64,000 nt of DNA from Octopus sinensis (lineage: Eukaryota). The notes under the pieces are model-generated. The model was given only the letters and a program-made list of their open reading frames with translations. It had not been told where the DNA came from and did not search any database. The translations under genes were made by a program, and so were the position numbers. Shown piece after piece: positions 50,509-62,147 of this stretch (positions within the stretch are counted from its first letter, which is position 1; each line of letters starts with the position of its first letter). Location: positions 87,668,001 through 87,732,000 of the forward strand of contig NC_043004.1 in NCBI RefSeq assembly GCF_006345805.1, read 5' to 3'.

Positions 50509-53500
50509 CACTGCCTATATGGCACAGACACAACTATGTATATATATCTATAAAATCACTATGGTTTTCATGATGCTTATCACAAATCTACATTTAATAG
50601 TCTATCACAATCTCTGATTACATCCCAATTACTCTACTGATACATCTAAAATTAGTTTCAGAAAAATAAATTTCTACGGTTCTAACTTAACTTAGACTCA
50701 ATTATTTTACTGATACTTTTAAAATTAGGATAAAACTAATTTCTATTGTAGTAACTTAACTTAGTCAGTTTTAGCTGGCTATACAACCAAGCTATGACAT
50801 TGTCACAAACAGATTTATGTTGATAAACAATCAAATGAAGAATTGATTGTTTCTAACCTGCTACAGATGCTTCACTATGACCACTCAGCTCTTTAATGGC
50901 TCAGTCTACCTAAATAAACATTACTAAAATAGAATAGTAAATTTCACTATAGTAAATATGAGTGTTTAAATGGATTGCAATTCTCAACTCAACTCCCTTG
51001 ATAAACATCATGATCATTCTTTTGAGAATGTTGTGCTTTTAATTTGTTTTTATTCAGTAGTGACTTAGACAGTTTTGAATCTGGCACTTTTCATTCTCTT
51101 AATCTTCCTCAAAGAAACTACTTCACTATAATGGTAGATTTTAGTGAGATTTTTAAAACTCAGAACACAGAGCTGGAACAGCTACCATAAGATAACTTGT
51201 TTGGTGTGCTAACATGACCAAAAGAGAACATGGGCTGTACTAGTTTTCTTTTGTATATAGGTTTAAGTGTATCATGTCATTTGCTTTGTCTCCAATCCTC
51301 AAAGCAAGAAGATTTTAAGGAGCCTGAGATTTGATTTGATATCAGTAGAAAATGGAGAAGTCTGAGTAACTTCTGTTAATTACAATTCTCTATAATTAAT
51401 TCTATCATCTTATTGCAAGATATCCTTTATATATATCATATTTGATTTTCAATTAATATTTATTAATGAGGCTTTTCTTCAGTTATTGCTTCAGTTATTG
51501 CTAATCACACAATATGTGTTTAGTCAAGCAATAAATTGTATGCAGAAATTTTCCTGCCAGATGTTAAACATCTTATATGATAAATTTAAACATATTGAAC
51601 TGTGTACCAAATTAACAACAAAAATAGTAAATTTTTAATTATACAGATACAATACTTGAAGAGTATCAAGACTAATTTAAAAGAATGACATAAACAAAAG
51701 ACCAGTTATAAAGAATGGATGCTAAATGAAAAGTAATTGAGTGGAATTATGATTAATTCTCATAGTAGGTTCAGAAACCAACTTAATTTATAATTTAAAA
51801 CAAATGATCAGATAAGGAAGTAATGTAAGAATGAATCAGTCAGCCATAATATATTTCCACATTTTCAGCTTCCATAAAGTTAGTCTCCTTTAAGCAAAAT
51901 ACATTAATCCAATGAAGATTTAACCAATTAGGTAACTGAGATTAATAACATATAGTAGTAACTTGCCAAAGAGACAATGCAATGCCTGCAGCTAAATATG
52001 AACTTTTGACCTCATACTTCAAGTATCTACCACCTCAGATGTCATCACTTAATTCATTTAACCATTGTATTCTTGTATGATTTGAAGTAATCAATTTATA
52101 TAATGTTTTAACATTATTTTTATAAGAATATACACAGAGTTAATGTCACTTGATATTTGTGGAGTTACTAAATCCAACTGAATAAGTAGATGCAACAAAA
52201 ATTAAATATCAAAACTGGTACCATAAAACATCTGTCTATATTCATAAATTTGGAATAGTATTTATTTTTCAGCTAAGATGAGAGAGAGAGAGAGCTACAC
52301 GATGTAATCCTACTAGTAGTTCAATAGTTCAACACCTTAATCCCTCACTCAATTACAACCTCCAACTAATAGTTTATCCATACGACACTCACATGCTAAC
52401 ATTTTCCATTTTCCAACATAACATGAGCTAACAACATAATCTAACAAAGTATTCATTTAAACAATCAATAAAGATAGGATCCAATAGAAAAGAGACAAAC
52501 CAATTTCATTTCTATAACACTAGCTGTTAAAATTATAATTCCTTACACTTCTGAATTTGCTATCATAGACGTGATACCTTATTACAGCTATAACCTACAC
52601 AAATATTAGGTAGTAATGCAGCTTGAATGCTCATACAACCAATTGTTTCATGGTAGAAATCACTCTTAAGGAGATTAGCAACTACAAATCAAGATCAGAT
52701 TGCTAAAGTGTGTCAAGTATATACAATGTAAATCAAGGACATACGCTTAAATGCACAATAAATATAGGGAATACACTACTCATGGTTTATTCATATTGAT
52801 TAAAGATTGGACACCAAAAACTGGTATTTATGAATTCAGTCAGCATTTTATGTTATATGTTGATTTTATTTTAATAAATGACACAAATACAATCACCGGT
52901 CTCTGCTAAACAGTCTTTCACAAAAATAAGAAACCCTCCCACCCTATAAAAAAACCCCCAACAAACATGAAATAGTAATTTCAGAATTCACTAATGAATA
53001 AGATAAAAGAAACTTCATTCAATCTCATAGTAGAAAAAAGTTATTCACACTGACAAAGATAATTACTGCTTGAAGGATAATTAGAAATATGTTATATGTT
53101 AATGAAGGATGGTGTTTGAATTCCAAACAATCGTTTTGGCTATGTTACTTTTTATCAAAGGAAATTTTTATTTTTAAATTATTTTCCATTCTGTGATTGA
53201 AATAAAAATTAAGTACAACAACTAAAAAAATAAATCTAGTTTTTCAAACATATTTGAGTTTATACTCTTTCAATTATAAAACTGGTTTATACATTGGTTC
53301 TAAATACAGACCAATCAAGCGAATTTATTATCTATTAAATTCCAGACAAATAAAAAGAATTATGGGGAAGAAAAAATATCTATCAAAAACCAAGAAGGAA
53401 AACAGCTAAGATTCTCGCAATAACAAACTCCATTTAATGAAAGTTTTCAAATATTAATACAATTAAATCTGTCCAAATCGTGTGAGCATGGAAAATGTAT

Positions 53501-53640
53501 GTCGAGTCAATGATGATTATTATCATGATGATCAATCATTATAATAATAACAATAATAATAATAATAATAATAATAATTTTGATCATGAAATTTGTATAA
53601 TTTTATAGTTTTGTACAAAGGAATATTTTTCACCTTGAAG

Positions 53641-53673
53641 ACATCCTCTAATGGATGATAAGGTCGAAGAGAT
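53641..53673 (+). CDS. Candidate 33-nt micro-exon (HPLMDDKVEE), phase 2-2
   Basis: Acceptor tttttcaccttgaag, only one open frame, GTAAGA donor. Confidence 0.17.
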
Positions 53674-53831
53674 GTAAGATCAATACAGAAAGGAATCTGA
53701 GACAGCTATCAGATTGTGGATGAAGAATGTGCATGGCTGATTTATTACTATGGTAATGAAAGTGAATGCCAAATGAGAAAGATCATTATTTCTATTAAGC
53801 CATATGTTAAAATTAAATAGTTAACAAACAA

Positions 53832-53862
<31 letters not shown>

Positions 53863-53939
53863 AAGATAAGCATACATATGTACACATATACAAACATCAT
53901 CTATATATACACATATATAACACACATACAAACATACAC

Positions 53940-54150
53940 ATGGATTAGTAGTTAGGGTGTTGGACTCATGCTCATAAGGTTGTGGTTTTGATCCCTGGAC
54001 TGGGCAACATGTTGCGTTTTTTAGCAAAACTTCATTTCATGTTGCACCAGTCCACTCAGCTGACACAAATAAGTAATGCTGTGACAGACCAGAATCGTAT
54101 CCTAGTAGGGAATATAAATGCCATGGAAACCAAGAATCTGACCCTATGAG
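53940..54150 (+). mobile_element. tRNA-derived SINE with V-domain-like block
   Basis: TAGTAGTTAGGGTGTTGGACTCA A-box region, GGTTTTGATCCCTGG B-box, CACCAGTCCACTCAGCTG block. Confidence 0.6.
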
Positions 54151-54349
54151 TGTATATGATTTGGGAAGGATCTTTATACTTTTTCTTTTACACATACATA
54201 TACACATATATGCAATTACACACACACATATAAACATATATAAATACATACACATATACATAAACATATATACGTGTGTATGCATATATATATATACACA
54301 CACACACATATTCATACACATAACGTATGCACATATATATACATATATA

Positions 54350-55588
54350 CAGGGGTTGGACAAAATAATGGAAACACCTAGCATCATAATTTTGAAATAT
54401 CTATAAAACTGTCAAAAGCTTGTTTATTTTTGTTTTTTTATTTATTATTAGTGTTGTTTAATATGTTTTGCTAAAATTGCTGTTTCTTTCCAGATATCAT
54501 CAGAATAAAGTCATTAAAATTCATTTAAATAACAGATCTAGCGGACTTTCAAAGAGGTCAAATTGTTGGTGCTCGTATGGCAGGCACTAGCATAATGAAA
54601 ACAGCTGAAATGTTTGGTGTATCAAGAAGTACTGTCTTGAAAGTAATGACAGCCTTTGAAAAAGAGGGAAAAACCTCCTCGTTGATACAAAACTCTGGAA
54701 GAAAACCAAAACTTTCAGATAAGGACCATTGGACTCTTACATGAATTGTTGGGAAGGATCACAAAAGTACAGCTCCAAAAATTACTGCAGAGCTTAATGA
54801 TCACCTCGAGAACCCAGTTTCCAGAAAAACTGTTCGCTGGGAGCTGCACAAAGCCAGATTTCATGGGAGGGCTGCAATCAGAAACCACTACTTTCAAAAA
54901 TAAATGTTGCAAAGCATTTAGAGTGGAGTATAAACCTACAGAATTGGTCCCTAGAGCAATGGAAGAATGTTATTTTCTCGGATGAGTCATCTTTTACCTT
55001 ATTTTCGACCACTACTTGAGTACATGTGTGGAGACAGCCAAAAAAAAAAAAAACATTTGATCCAGACTGCCTTCTTCCAACTGTTAAACATAGAAGATCT
55101 GTAATGATCAGGGGGGCTGTATCTTGGAAATTTGTTGACCCAGTGGTTTCCCTTCATGGTAGAATTAATAGTCAAGACTATTTAAGCAATAGGAAGTGGA
55201 ACTGTTTCCTGAGGGAAACGCAATCTTTCAGGATGATAATACACCAATTCACACAGCTAAAGTTGTTACTAATTGGCATGAGGAATATTCTAGTGATGTT
55301 GAACATCTTATCTGGCCACCATAGTCCCCAGATCTCAATATTATTGAACATTTATGGTACATTTTAGACAAACAAGGGGTCAATATCCTCCACCATCATC
55401 ACTACAAGAACTGGAGACTGTTTTAGCTGAAGAATGGACAAAAAATCCTTTGGAAACAATTCAAACTTTGTACAAGTCAATATCTCGTAGAATTCAAGTT
55501 GTAATTACTGCCAAAGGCAGTCCTACATCATATTAAAATAAATTTGTTTGAAATTTTAAGGTGTTTCCATTATTTTGTCCAACCCATG
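54350..55588 (+). mobile_element. Tc1-superfamily DNA transposon, full length, DD36E spacing (Incomer-like), transposase pseudogenised
   Basis: 30-bp TIRs (CAGGGGTTGGACAAAATAATGGAAACACCT, 1 mismatch) with TA TSD. HTH region FQRGQIVGARMAG..SGRKPKLS; FSDESSF (D at 54981), FQDDN (D at 55235), SPDLNIIEHLW (E at 55346); several stops and frameshifts. Confidence 0.95.
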
Positions 55589-55907
55589 TATATTCTCACT
55601 TTACATATTCATATGCATATATATACATGTTCATGCACACACACACATATATATACATGTTCATACACACACACATGTTCATATATACATACATATATAT
55701 ATATATTAATAGTTATCGCCATACTATATATATATATCATCATCATCGTTTAACGTCCGTTTTCCGTGCTAGCACGGGTTGGACGGTTCGACCGGGGTCT
55801 GGGGAGCCAGGGGCTGCCCCAGGCTCCAGTCTGGTCTGGCAGTGTTTCTACAGCTGGATGCCCTTCCTAACGCCAACCACTCCGCGAGTGTAGTGGGTGC
55901 TTTTTAC

Positions 55908-57125
55908 GTGCCACCTGCACAGGTGCCAGAGGGGTCTGGCATTGGCCACAATCGGTTGGTGCTTTTTTATGTGCTACCGGCACAGAAGCCAGTCAAGGCG
56001 GTGCTGGCATCGGCCACGTTCGGATGGTGCTTTTTATGTGCCACCGGCACAGAAGCCATTCGGGGCAGGGTTGGCATCGGTCACGTTCGGATGGTGCTTT
56101 TTATGTGCCACCGGCACAGAAGCCAGTGGAGGCTGCACTAGCAACAGCCACGTTCGGATGGTGCTGGCGGGGTTGGCAACGGTCACGTTCGGATGGAGCT
56201 TTTTATGTGCCACCGGCACAGAAGCCATTCGGGGCAGGGTTGGCATCGGTCACGTTCGGATGGTGCTTTTTATGTGCCACCGGCACAGAAGCCAGTGGAG
56301 GCTGCACTAGCAACAGCCACGTTCGGATGGTGCTGGCAGGGTTGGCAACGGTCACGTTCGGATGGAGATTTTTATGTGCCACCGGCACAGAATCCAGTGG
56401 AGGCTGCACTGGCAACGGCCACGTTCGGATGGAGCTTTTTATGTGCCACTGGCACAGAAGCCAGTGGAGGCTGCACTGGCAATGGCCACATTCGGATGGT
56501 GCTTTTTATGTGTCACCGGCACAGGTATCACAACTACTACTGTTTCCATTGATATTTGGTTCGATTCTCATGTACATGCACTTGACTCAACAGGTCTCCT
56601 CAAGCACAGCAAGATGTTGCGGTACATGCACTTGACTCACCAGGTCTCCTCCAGCACAGCGAGATGTTCCGGGATCCCACGATCGGTTGGTGTGTGCCAC
56701 CGGCACAGAAGCCATTTGAGGCGGTGTGTCACCGGCACAGGTATCACAACTACAACTGTTTCCATTGATATTTGGTACGATTCTCATGTACATGTACATG
56801 CACTTGACTCAACAGGTCTCCTCAAGCACAGCGAGATGTTCCGGGATCCCACGATCGGTTGGTGCTTTTTATGTGCCACTGGCACAGAAGCCAGTGGAGG
56901 CTGCACTGGCAACGGCCACGTTCGGATGGTGCTTTTTATGTGTCACCGGCACAGGTATCACAACTACTGTTTCCATTGATATTTGGTTCGATGTTCATGT
57001 GCCACCGGCACAGAAGCCATTCGAGGCGGGGTTGGCATCGGTCACGGTTGGATGGTGCTTTTTATGTGCCACCGGCACAGGAGCCAGGGGAGGCTGCACT
57101 GGCAACGGCCACGTTCGGATGGTGC
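55908..57125. repeat. Tandem array of about 66-67 bp multi-hairpin units with a 169-bp higher-order repeat and duplicated UTR blocks
   Basis: Constant CACGTTCGGATGGTGCTTTTTATGTGCCACCGGCACAG plus a variable segment; ORF starts at 56024/56193/56362 show the 169-bp period. Confidence 0.95.
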
Positions 57126-57130
57126 TTTTT

Positions 57131-58171
57131 AGCCCCTGGGAGCTCCTCTATGCTGATGACCTGGCCCACATAACAGAATCACTATCGGAACTAAAAAAGA
57201 AATTTCGGGTGTGGAAACAAGGGTTAGAATCTAAGGGCCTTAGAGTAAATGTAGCGAAGACCAAAGTTATAGTATGCAGAAAGGCGAACTCAGCACACAC
57301 CCCATCGGGCAGGTGGCCCTGCTTGAGCTGTAAGAAAGGTGTAGGTAGAAACTCCATAAGATGCACCCAGTGTAAGCTATGGACGCATAAGAGGTGCAGC
57401 AACATCAAAGGGAAATTAACTGATAAGATAGCTTTCATGTGCGGCAGATGCATAGGGACAATAGACACCACAGACACTAAAAAAACAGATTCCATCACAC
57501 TCCAGGGGGAGAGGTTAGAAGTAGTTGATAGTTTCCACTACCTGGGTGACCAAGTTAGTAGTGGGGGTGGATGCACAGAGAGTGTCACCACTAGAATACG
57601 AATAGCCTGGGTAAAGTTTAGAAAGCTCCTACCCCTACTGGCGACAAAAGGTCTCTCACTCAGAGTGAAAGGTAGATTGTATGATGCATGTGTGTGAACC
57701 GCCATGCTTCACGGCAGTGAATCATGGGCCGTGACTGCAGAGGACATGCGTAGACTTGAAAGAAATGAAGCTAGCATGATCCGCTGGATGTGTAATGTCA
57801 GTGTGAATGCACGACAGAGTGTAAGCACCCTGAGAGAAATGCTAGGCATAAGAAGCATCAGATGCGGTGTGCAAGAGCGACGCTTGCGATAGTATGGTCA
57901 TGTACTGCGGATAGATGAGGAGAGATGTGTGAAGAAGTGCCACTCCCGAACAGTTGAAGGAATCAGGGGGAGAGGTAGACCCAGGAAGACATGGGATGAG
58001 GTAGTCAAGCATGACCTCAGAGCGTTGGGCCTCACTGAGGCAATGGCGAAGGACCGAGATCTCTGGAGATGTGCTGTGACTACTAAGACCCGAGATGCTT
58101 CCGGCACCAGTTCCGCATACCCCCTGCCCATCCAAAGTACCCTGGATCCCGGAACATTTCGCTTTGCTTGA
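57131..58171 (+). pseudogene. RTE-clade ORF fragment: RT (YADD) with inserted PHD finger, thumb and C-terminus; two in-frame stops, no frameshift
   Basis: PWELLYADDL..GLRVNVAKTK, C4HC3 finger (57320-57451), FHYLG, LHGSESW, RLR*YGHV, RGRGRPRKTW; stops at 57695 (CGA>TGA) and 57890 (TGG>TAG), same frame throughout. Confidence 0.95.
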
Positions 58172-58269
58172 GGAGACCTGTTGAGTCAAGTGCATATACA
58201 TATACATGAACATCGATACATGAACATCGATACATGAACATCGAATCAAATATCAATGGAAACAGTTGT

Positions 58270-58305
<36 letters not shown>

Positions 58306-58327
58306 GTTCATACACACACACATGTAA

Positions 58328-58360
<33 letters not shown>

Positions 58361-59202
58361 TCATTGCTATTATGCAAATGTGTCGTAAATCCAAAATGCT
58401 GCTTTTTCAGAAAATGAAAAAATAGTTTCACCATCCCATGGCAAAACTGTTGTACTACACTTTGACAATCTTTTATATCTTGGCATCTGAAGCAGCTGGA
58501 GATACAATAGTTTGACCAAAAGAACTGACTATTGCAAGCAAAAATAAAAATTGAAAAAAATGCATTTGGCCAAATCCGGTCATACAACAGTTTAGCATAA
58601 TAGCAATGACATGTTCATACACATATATTCATACATATATACATACACATATTCATATACATATATTCATACACATATATGCATTCATTCACATACATCT
58701 ATACATAAACACTGTGTGTGTGTGTGTGTTACCAGAAGTACTTTTGAGCTGACATGCTGCCAACTAGCTACATTAATTTATAATATTAATATCAAGAAAG
58801 TAACATAAATTAGAAAATAAATTAATCTAATACAAATGTGTGTGTGTTTGTGTGTGAGTGTGTGTTTGTGGGCAAGTGCAATTGTGTGAGTGTGCATGTG
58901 TGTGTGCACATATTATTAAAAACATAACTGCCTTCTGGTTTTATCATTTTTATTAGATTTTTTCTTGAGTTTCTACACCTTCGTGGTCTTATTTAAAAGC
59001 TGAATCACTTTTATTAAAAGTAATATCCAGCAATAAAATATCTGCTCTAGTAAAGACAGCATGGAAGGAACGAATGCAAAAAAATCAGAACAAGTGGGTG
59101 GCACTTAAAACGTGTTTGTGTTATAGAAACCAATTAGAGAAGCAGGTTATTATTGAATTAAATTTCTTGGACAGCTTATAGTTGCTTCTTGCAATTAGTT
59201 AT

Positions 59203-59500
59203 TATCATCATTATCGTTTAATGTCCATGTCCCATGCTGGCATTGACTGGACAATTTGACAGAATCTGATGGTTCCAAAGACTGCAGTGTTCTCTAGTGC
59301 TGGATGTCCCTCCTAATGCCAACCACGGTGTGTACCAGGGTGCATTTTTTTTCATATCACCTGCCCTAATAAGGTTGCCATGCAGCTTGCAAGACTAATG
59401 AGCCTTGAGCGGAGTGGGGCAACCTCATGCTAGGCAAATGAGTAAAGAAGGGTAAAGTTTGAGTGAAAAAAAGGATGGGGACAGAGCAGGTTTCTTGCAG
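59203..59500 (-). mobile_element. Old family D/Meta-type element
   Basis: ATCATC tail, CCATGCTGGCAT, CTGGATGTCCCTCCTAATGCCAACCAC; homologous to 22325-22543. Confidence 0.7.
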
Positions 59501-59782
59501 TAGAGGAGATACACAACAACTCACATTTCAGAAGAGGGTTTGGGAGGTAATCAGGCGGAGCTGGAAAGCTGTAAAAATGATGGTGATGATGTGTCAGGAT
59601 GGACCCTCAAGGTATGAAGTGGGTAAGAATGATCCCTCCCTACTTCTTCTGCCAGGAGTAAAGGTGGGTTGGGTAGTGGAAATCTGATAGTGCAGAGCAG
59701 CAGAATAAAAAGGATGGATGGTACAGTAAACAGAGGGATAACAGAGGGATGATATTGCGGGGGCATTTTGCTCATATATATA

Positions 59783-59827
<45 letters not shown>

Positions 59828-59828
<1 letters not shown>

Positions 59829-60220
59829 TAGCAGTATCGCCCGGCGTTGCTCGGGTTTGTAAGGGAAATAACTATATAAGCATTTTTAGAGAGTTATAGC
59901 GAAAAAATAGCAAAAAAATGCATTAAAAATTGAAAAAAATTAAGGTAAATTTTTTTAAAATCGTTGACACATCGTAGATATTTTTAGAGAGTTACTTCCC
60001 TTATATAAAAGCGAAAAAATGCATTAAAATGGAAAAATATGATGGTAAATTTTTTTTAAATCGTAGACTCATCGTAGACGCACGCTAATACCCAGAAGGG
60101 CTCGATATGAATCACGACTATAAGATACCCGCTTTTGGTTAAACTGCACCGCAAAATGTGGGAGTAGTTAGGAATCTAAATCATAGGAGACAGACACACA
60201 ACTTCACTCTTATATAAAGA
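59828..60220 (-). mobile_element. Non-autonomous Helitron, complete
   Basis: Minus strand: 5' TC at 60220, 3' hairpin CCCGAGCAACGCCGGG followed about 8 nt later by CTAG, A|T junctions, internal about 110-bp duplication; adjoins (TA)n. Confidence 0.88.
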
Positions 60221-60221
60221 T

Positions 60222-61371
60222 GCTTTTTTTTTTCAGTCATAGAGTTAGATTTATGAAGGTCTTCAGTAGAAAATCCTTCGAATTCTGACTCGCTGCTTGA
60301 TATAATGAAATTCGTATCCATTTTTTGTCAGAATTACAAATTTTGAAAAGACAATAGGAACAAATTGCGGAAAAAAATCTCCCATAATTCACGGAATTAA
60401 AATTACACTTCGATTTTTGTACAAAACTGTAGTTGAAGTGTTTACGAAGTATAATACGTGTTTTCACGAATGTACTAAAGAGATTTGCTCTGATATTCTC
60501 ATTTAAATATGAATAGGTAAATTCGGGCGGCTTGGTAACTATATATAAGTGTCGTCTGTTTATACATAAACACTGTTTCATACTGCAATTATATATACAT
60601 ATATCTATATATAATATTATATAATAAAATATATACAGAGTAAAATAAAAACCAATTTACCTTTTCTGTCCGTCCGTATGTCTTTGCAAATGTGTTGGAA
60701 TGATAAGTGAGTTGAGTTTTGGCGCCTTTTTTACTAATAACAAACACACACGTGTTTGTATGTAGTTGTATGTGTATGTAGTTGTATGTAGTTGTATATG
60801 TATGTGTATGCGTGTGTGTGAGGAATGACACACACACACTCACGCACGCACACATGTACATCAATGCTTTCGGAGTGATATGTTAAAATATTGAGTTTTC
60901 TCGAATTTTGTCTTAATTGGTGGTAAAATTGAAAGAAATTTTTTATGGCATCACCCACTGAAGTACTCTGAAAAATCTTAGGTAAACTCTAATTGAAGAA
61001 ATTGTGTATTTATTTGTTTCTGTTTGCTGTGTTTTTTTATTTTTTGAGTAGTGGTTTAAATACTTTCACTTTAGTCTTCCTCAAATCACTCTGTCGCTAT
61101 TTACTTTCATTTTATTCGTCGCACACTGTGTGTGTGCGTTTGCGTGTGGTGTAAACCAGACTAAGAAAAGCATTTGACACACACACCAGAATGTGAGTTT
61201 TCTGTAAATTTTGCTTAACTGGAGTTTAAATTTTTAAAACTGGACCTGGCATGACGCGATGCATTGTACTCTTAAAAATGCAAGGTAAATTGTAATTGAA
61301 GAAATCCTATATTGTAGATTTCTATAACTCCCAAAGGGAGGCAGATAAAATCTGCCTTTTATAATAAGAGA
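60222..61371 (-). mobile_element. Second Helitron-like segment (outer 5' TC end at 61371), probably composite with the previous element
   Basis: Minus strand A|TCTCTTATTATAAAAGGCAGATTTTATCTGCC start, CpG-richer internal sequence with diverged duplicated blocks, no separate CTAG end seen. Confidence 0.6.
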
Positions 61372-61598
61372 TATACTTATGTAATTTATTTTAAATATTA
61401 ATTTTTTTCTTTCATATTTTATGAAATATTTTATGCCTGGATTATTTTTTCCAAATGCAAGCAATTCAAAATTAAAGACAGTAGCAGTGAGACAAGTAGA
61501 TTAATAGGGATTATCCAATGCAATTAAATAAAGTCAAAATATGAAACATAATATATCAGCATATATATATATATATATATATATATATCAATTAGTGA

Positions 61599-61757
61599 AT
61601 GATAAAAGAACATGAGTTACATAATCACCTTCATTAGCTTACAGTTGTTTCTATTCAAAGAAGAACATTGCATTCAGGGTTTTGTATTTTTGCATCTTAC
61701 AGCAGAAACAGCTGTAAGCTAATGAAGGTGATTATGTAACTCATATTCTTTTATCAT
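61599..61757. mobile_element. Small MITE-like hairpin element, 54-bp inverted arms, 51-bp spacer
   Basis: ATGATAAAAGAACATGAGTTACATAATCACCTTCATTAGCTTACAGTTGTTTCT and its reverse complement with 2 mismatches. Confidence 0.8.
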
Positions 61758-61863
61758 ACATTAGTGGATGTTATTGCTTTATACTCTGATGCTTCATTCT
61801 AAACTATAGCTATATTGAGTTCTAACAAGTGGTTATTAGTATCGCTATGCCTCAATGCAATAT

Positions 61864-62147
61864 AGTCCCACTGCATGCACCTAGGGTGAGTGTTTTCTGC
61901 AGTAGCCCGAGCCTGACTTAGAAGTGAACTTGGTAGAGGGAAATTAAAGGAAGCCTGTCATGTCCGTGCATGTGCATGTGTATGTGTGTGTACACATACA
62001 ATGGGCTTCTTTCAGATTTTGTCCACCAAATCCATTCACATAGCTTTAGTCAGCCCAGGGCTACCATAGAAGACACCTACTCAAGGTGCCATGCAGTGGG
62101 ATTAAACCCAGAACAATGTGGTTAAGAAGCAAACTTCTTATCACATG
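61864..62147. mobile_element. Two SINE 5' halves fused tail-to-tail at their internal microsatellite
   Basis: Plus-strand core block 61864-61970, TGTGTG|TACACATACA junction, minus-strand head and core 62000-62147. Confidence 0.75.

Larger units (their letters stand above)
55738..58273. mobile_element. Young RTE LINE insertion with internal inversion: 3'UTR on minus (55738-57130), ORF/UTR segment on plus (57131-58273)
   Basis: (CAT)n tail and Meta-like block on the left, hairpin-unit array, abrupt switch to PWELLYADD, (TA)n on both flanks. Confidence 0.9.

Noticed and set aside
55908-57125. True CRISPR array (also 12340-12615)
   Set aside because: Eukaryotic context, no cas genes, the variable segments are related to each other and recur in higher-order repeats, and the array is part of a LINE 3'UTR.
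56726-57697. 323-aa ORF as a real gene
   Set aside because: The N-terminal about 135 aa are translated antisense repeat sequence that happens to be in frame with the RTE fragment beginning at about 57131.
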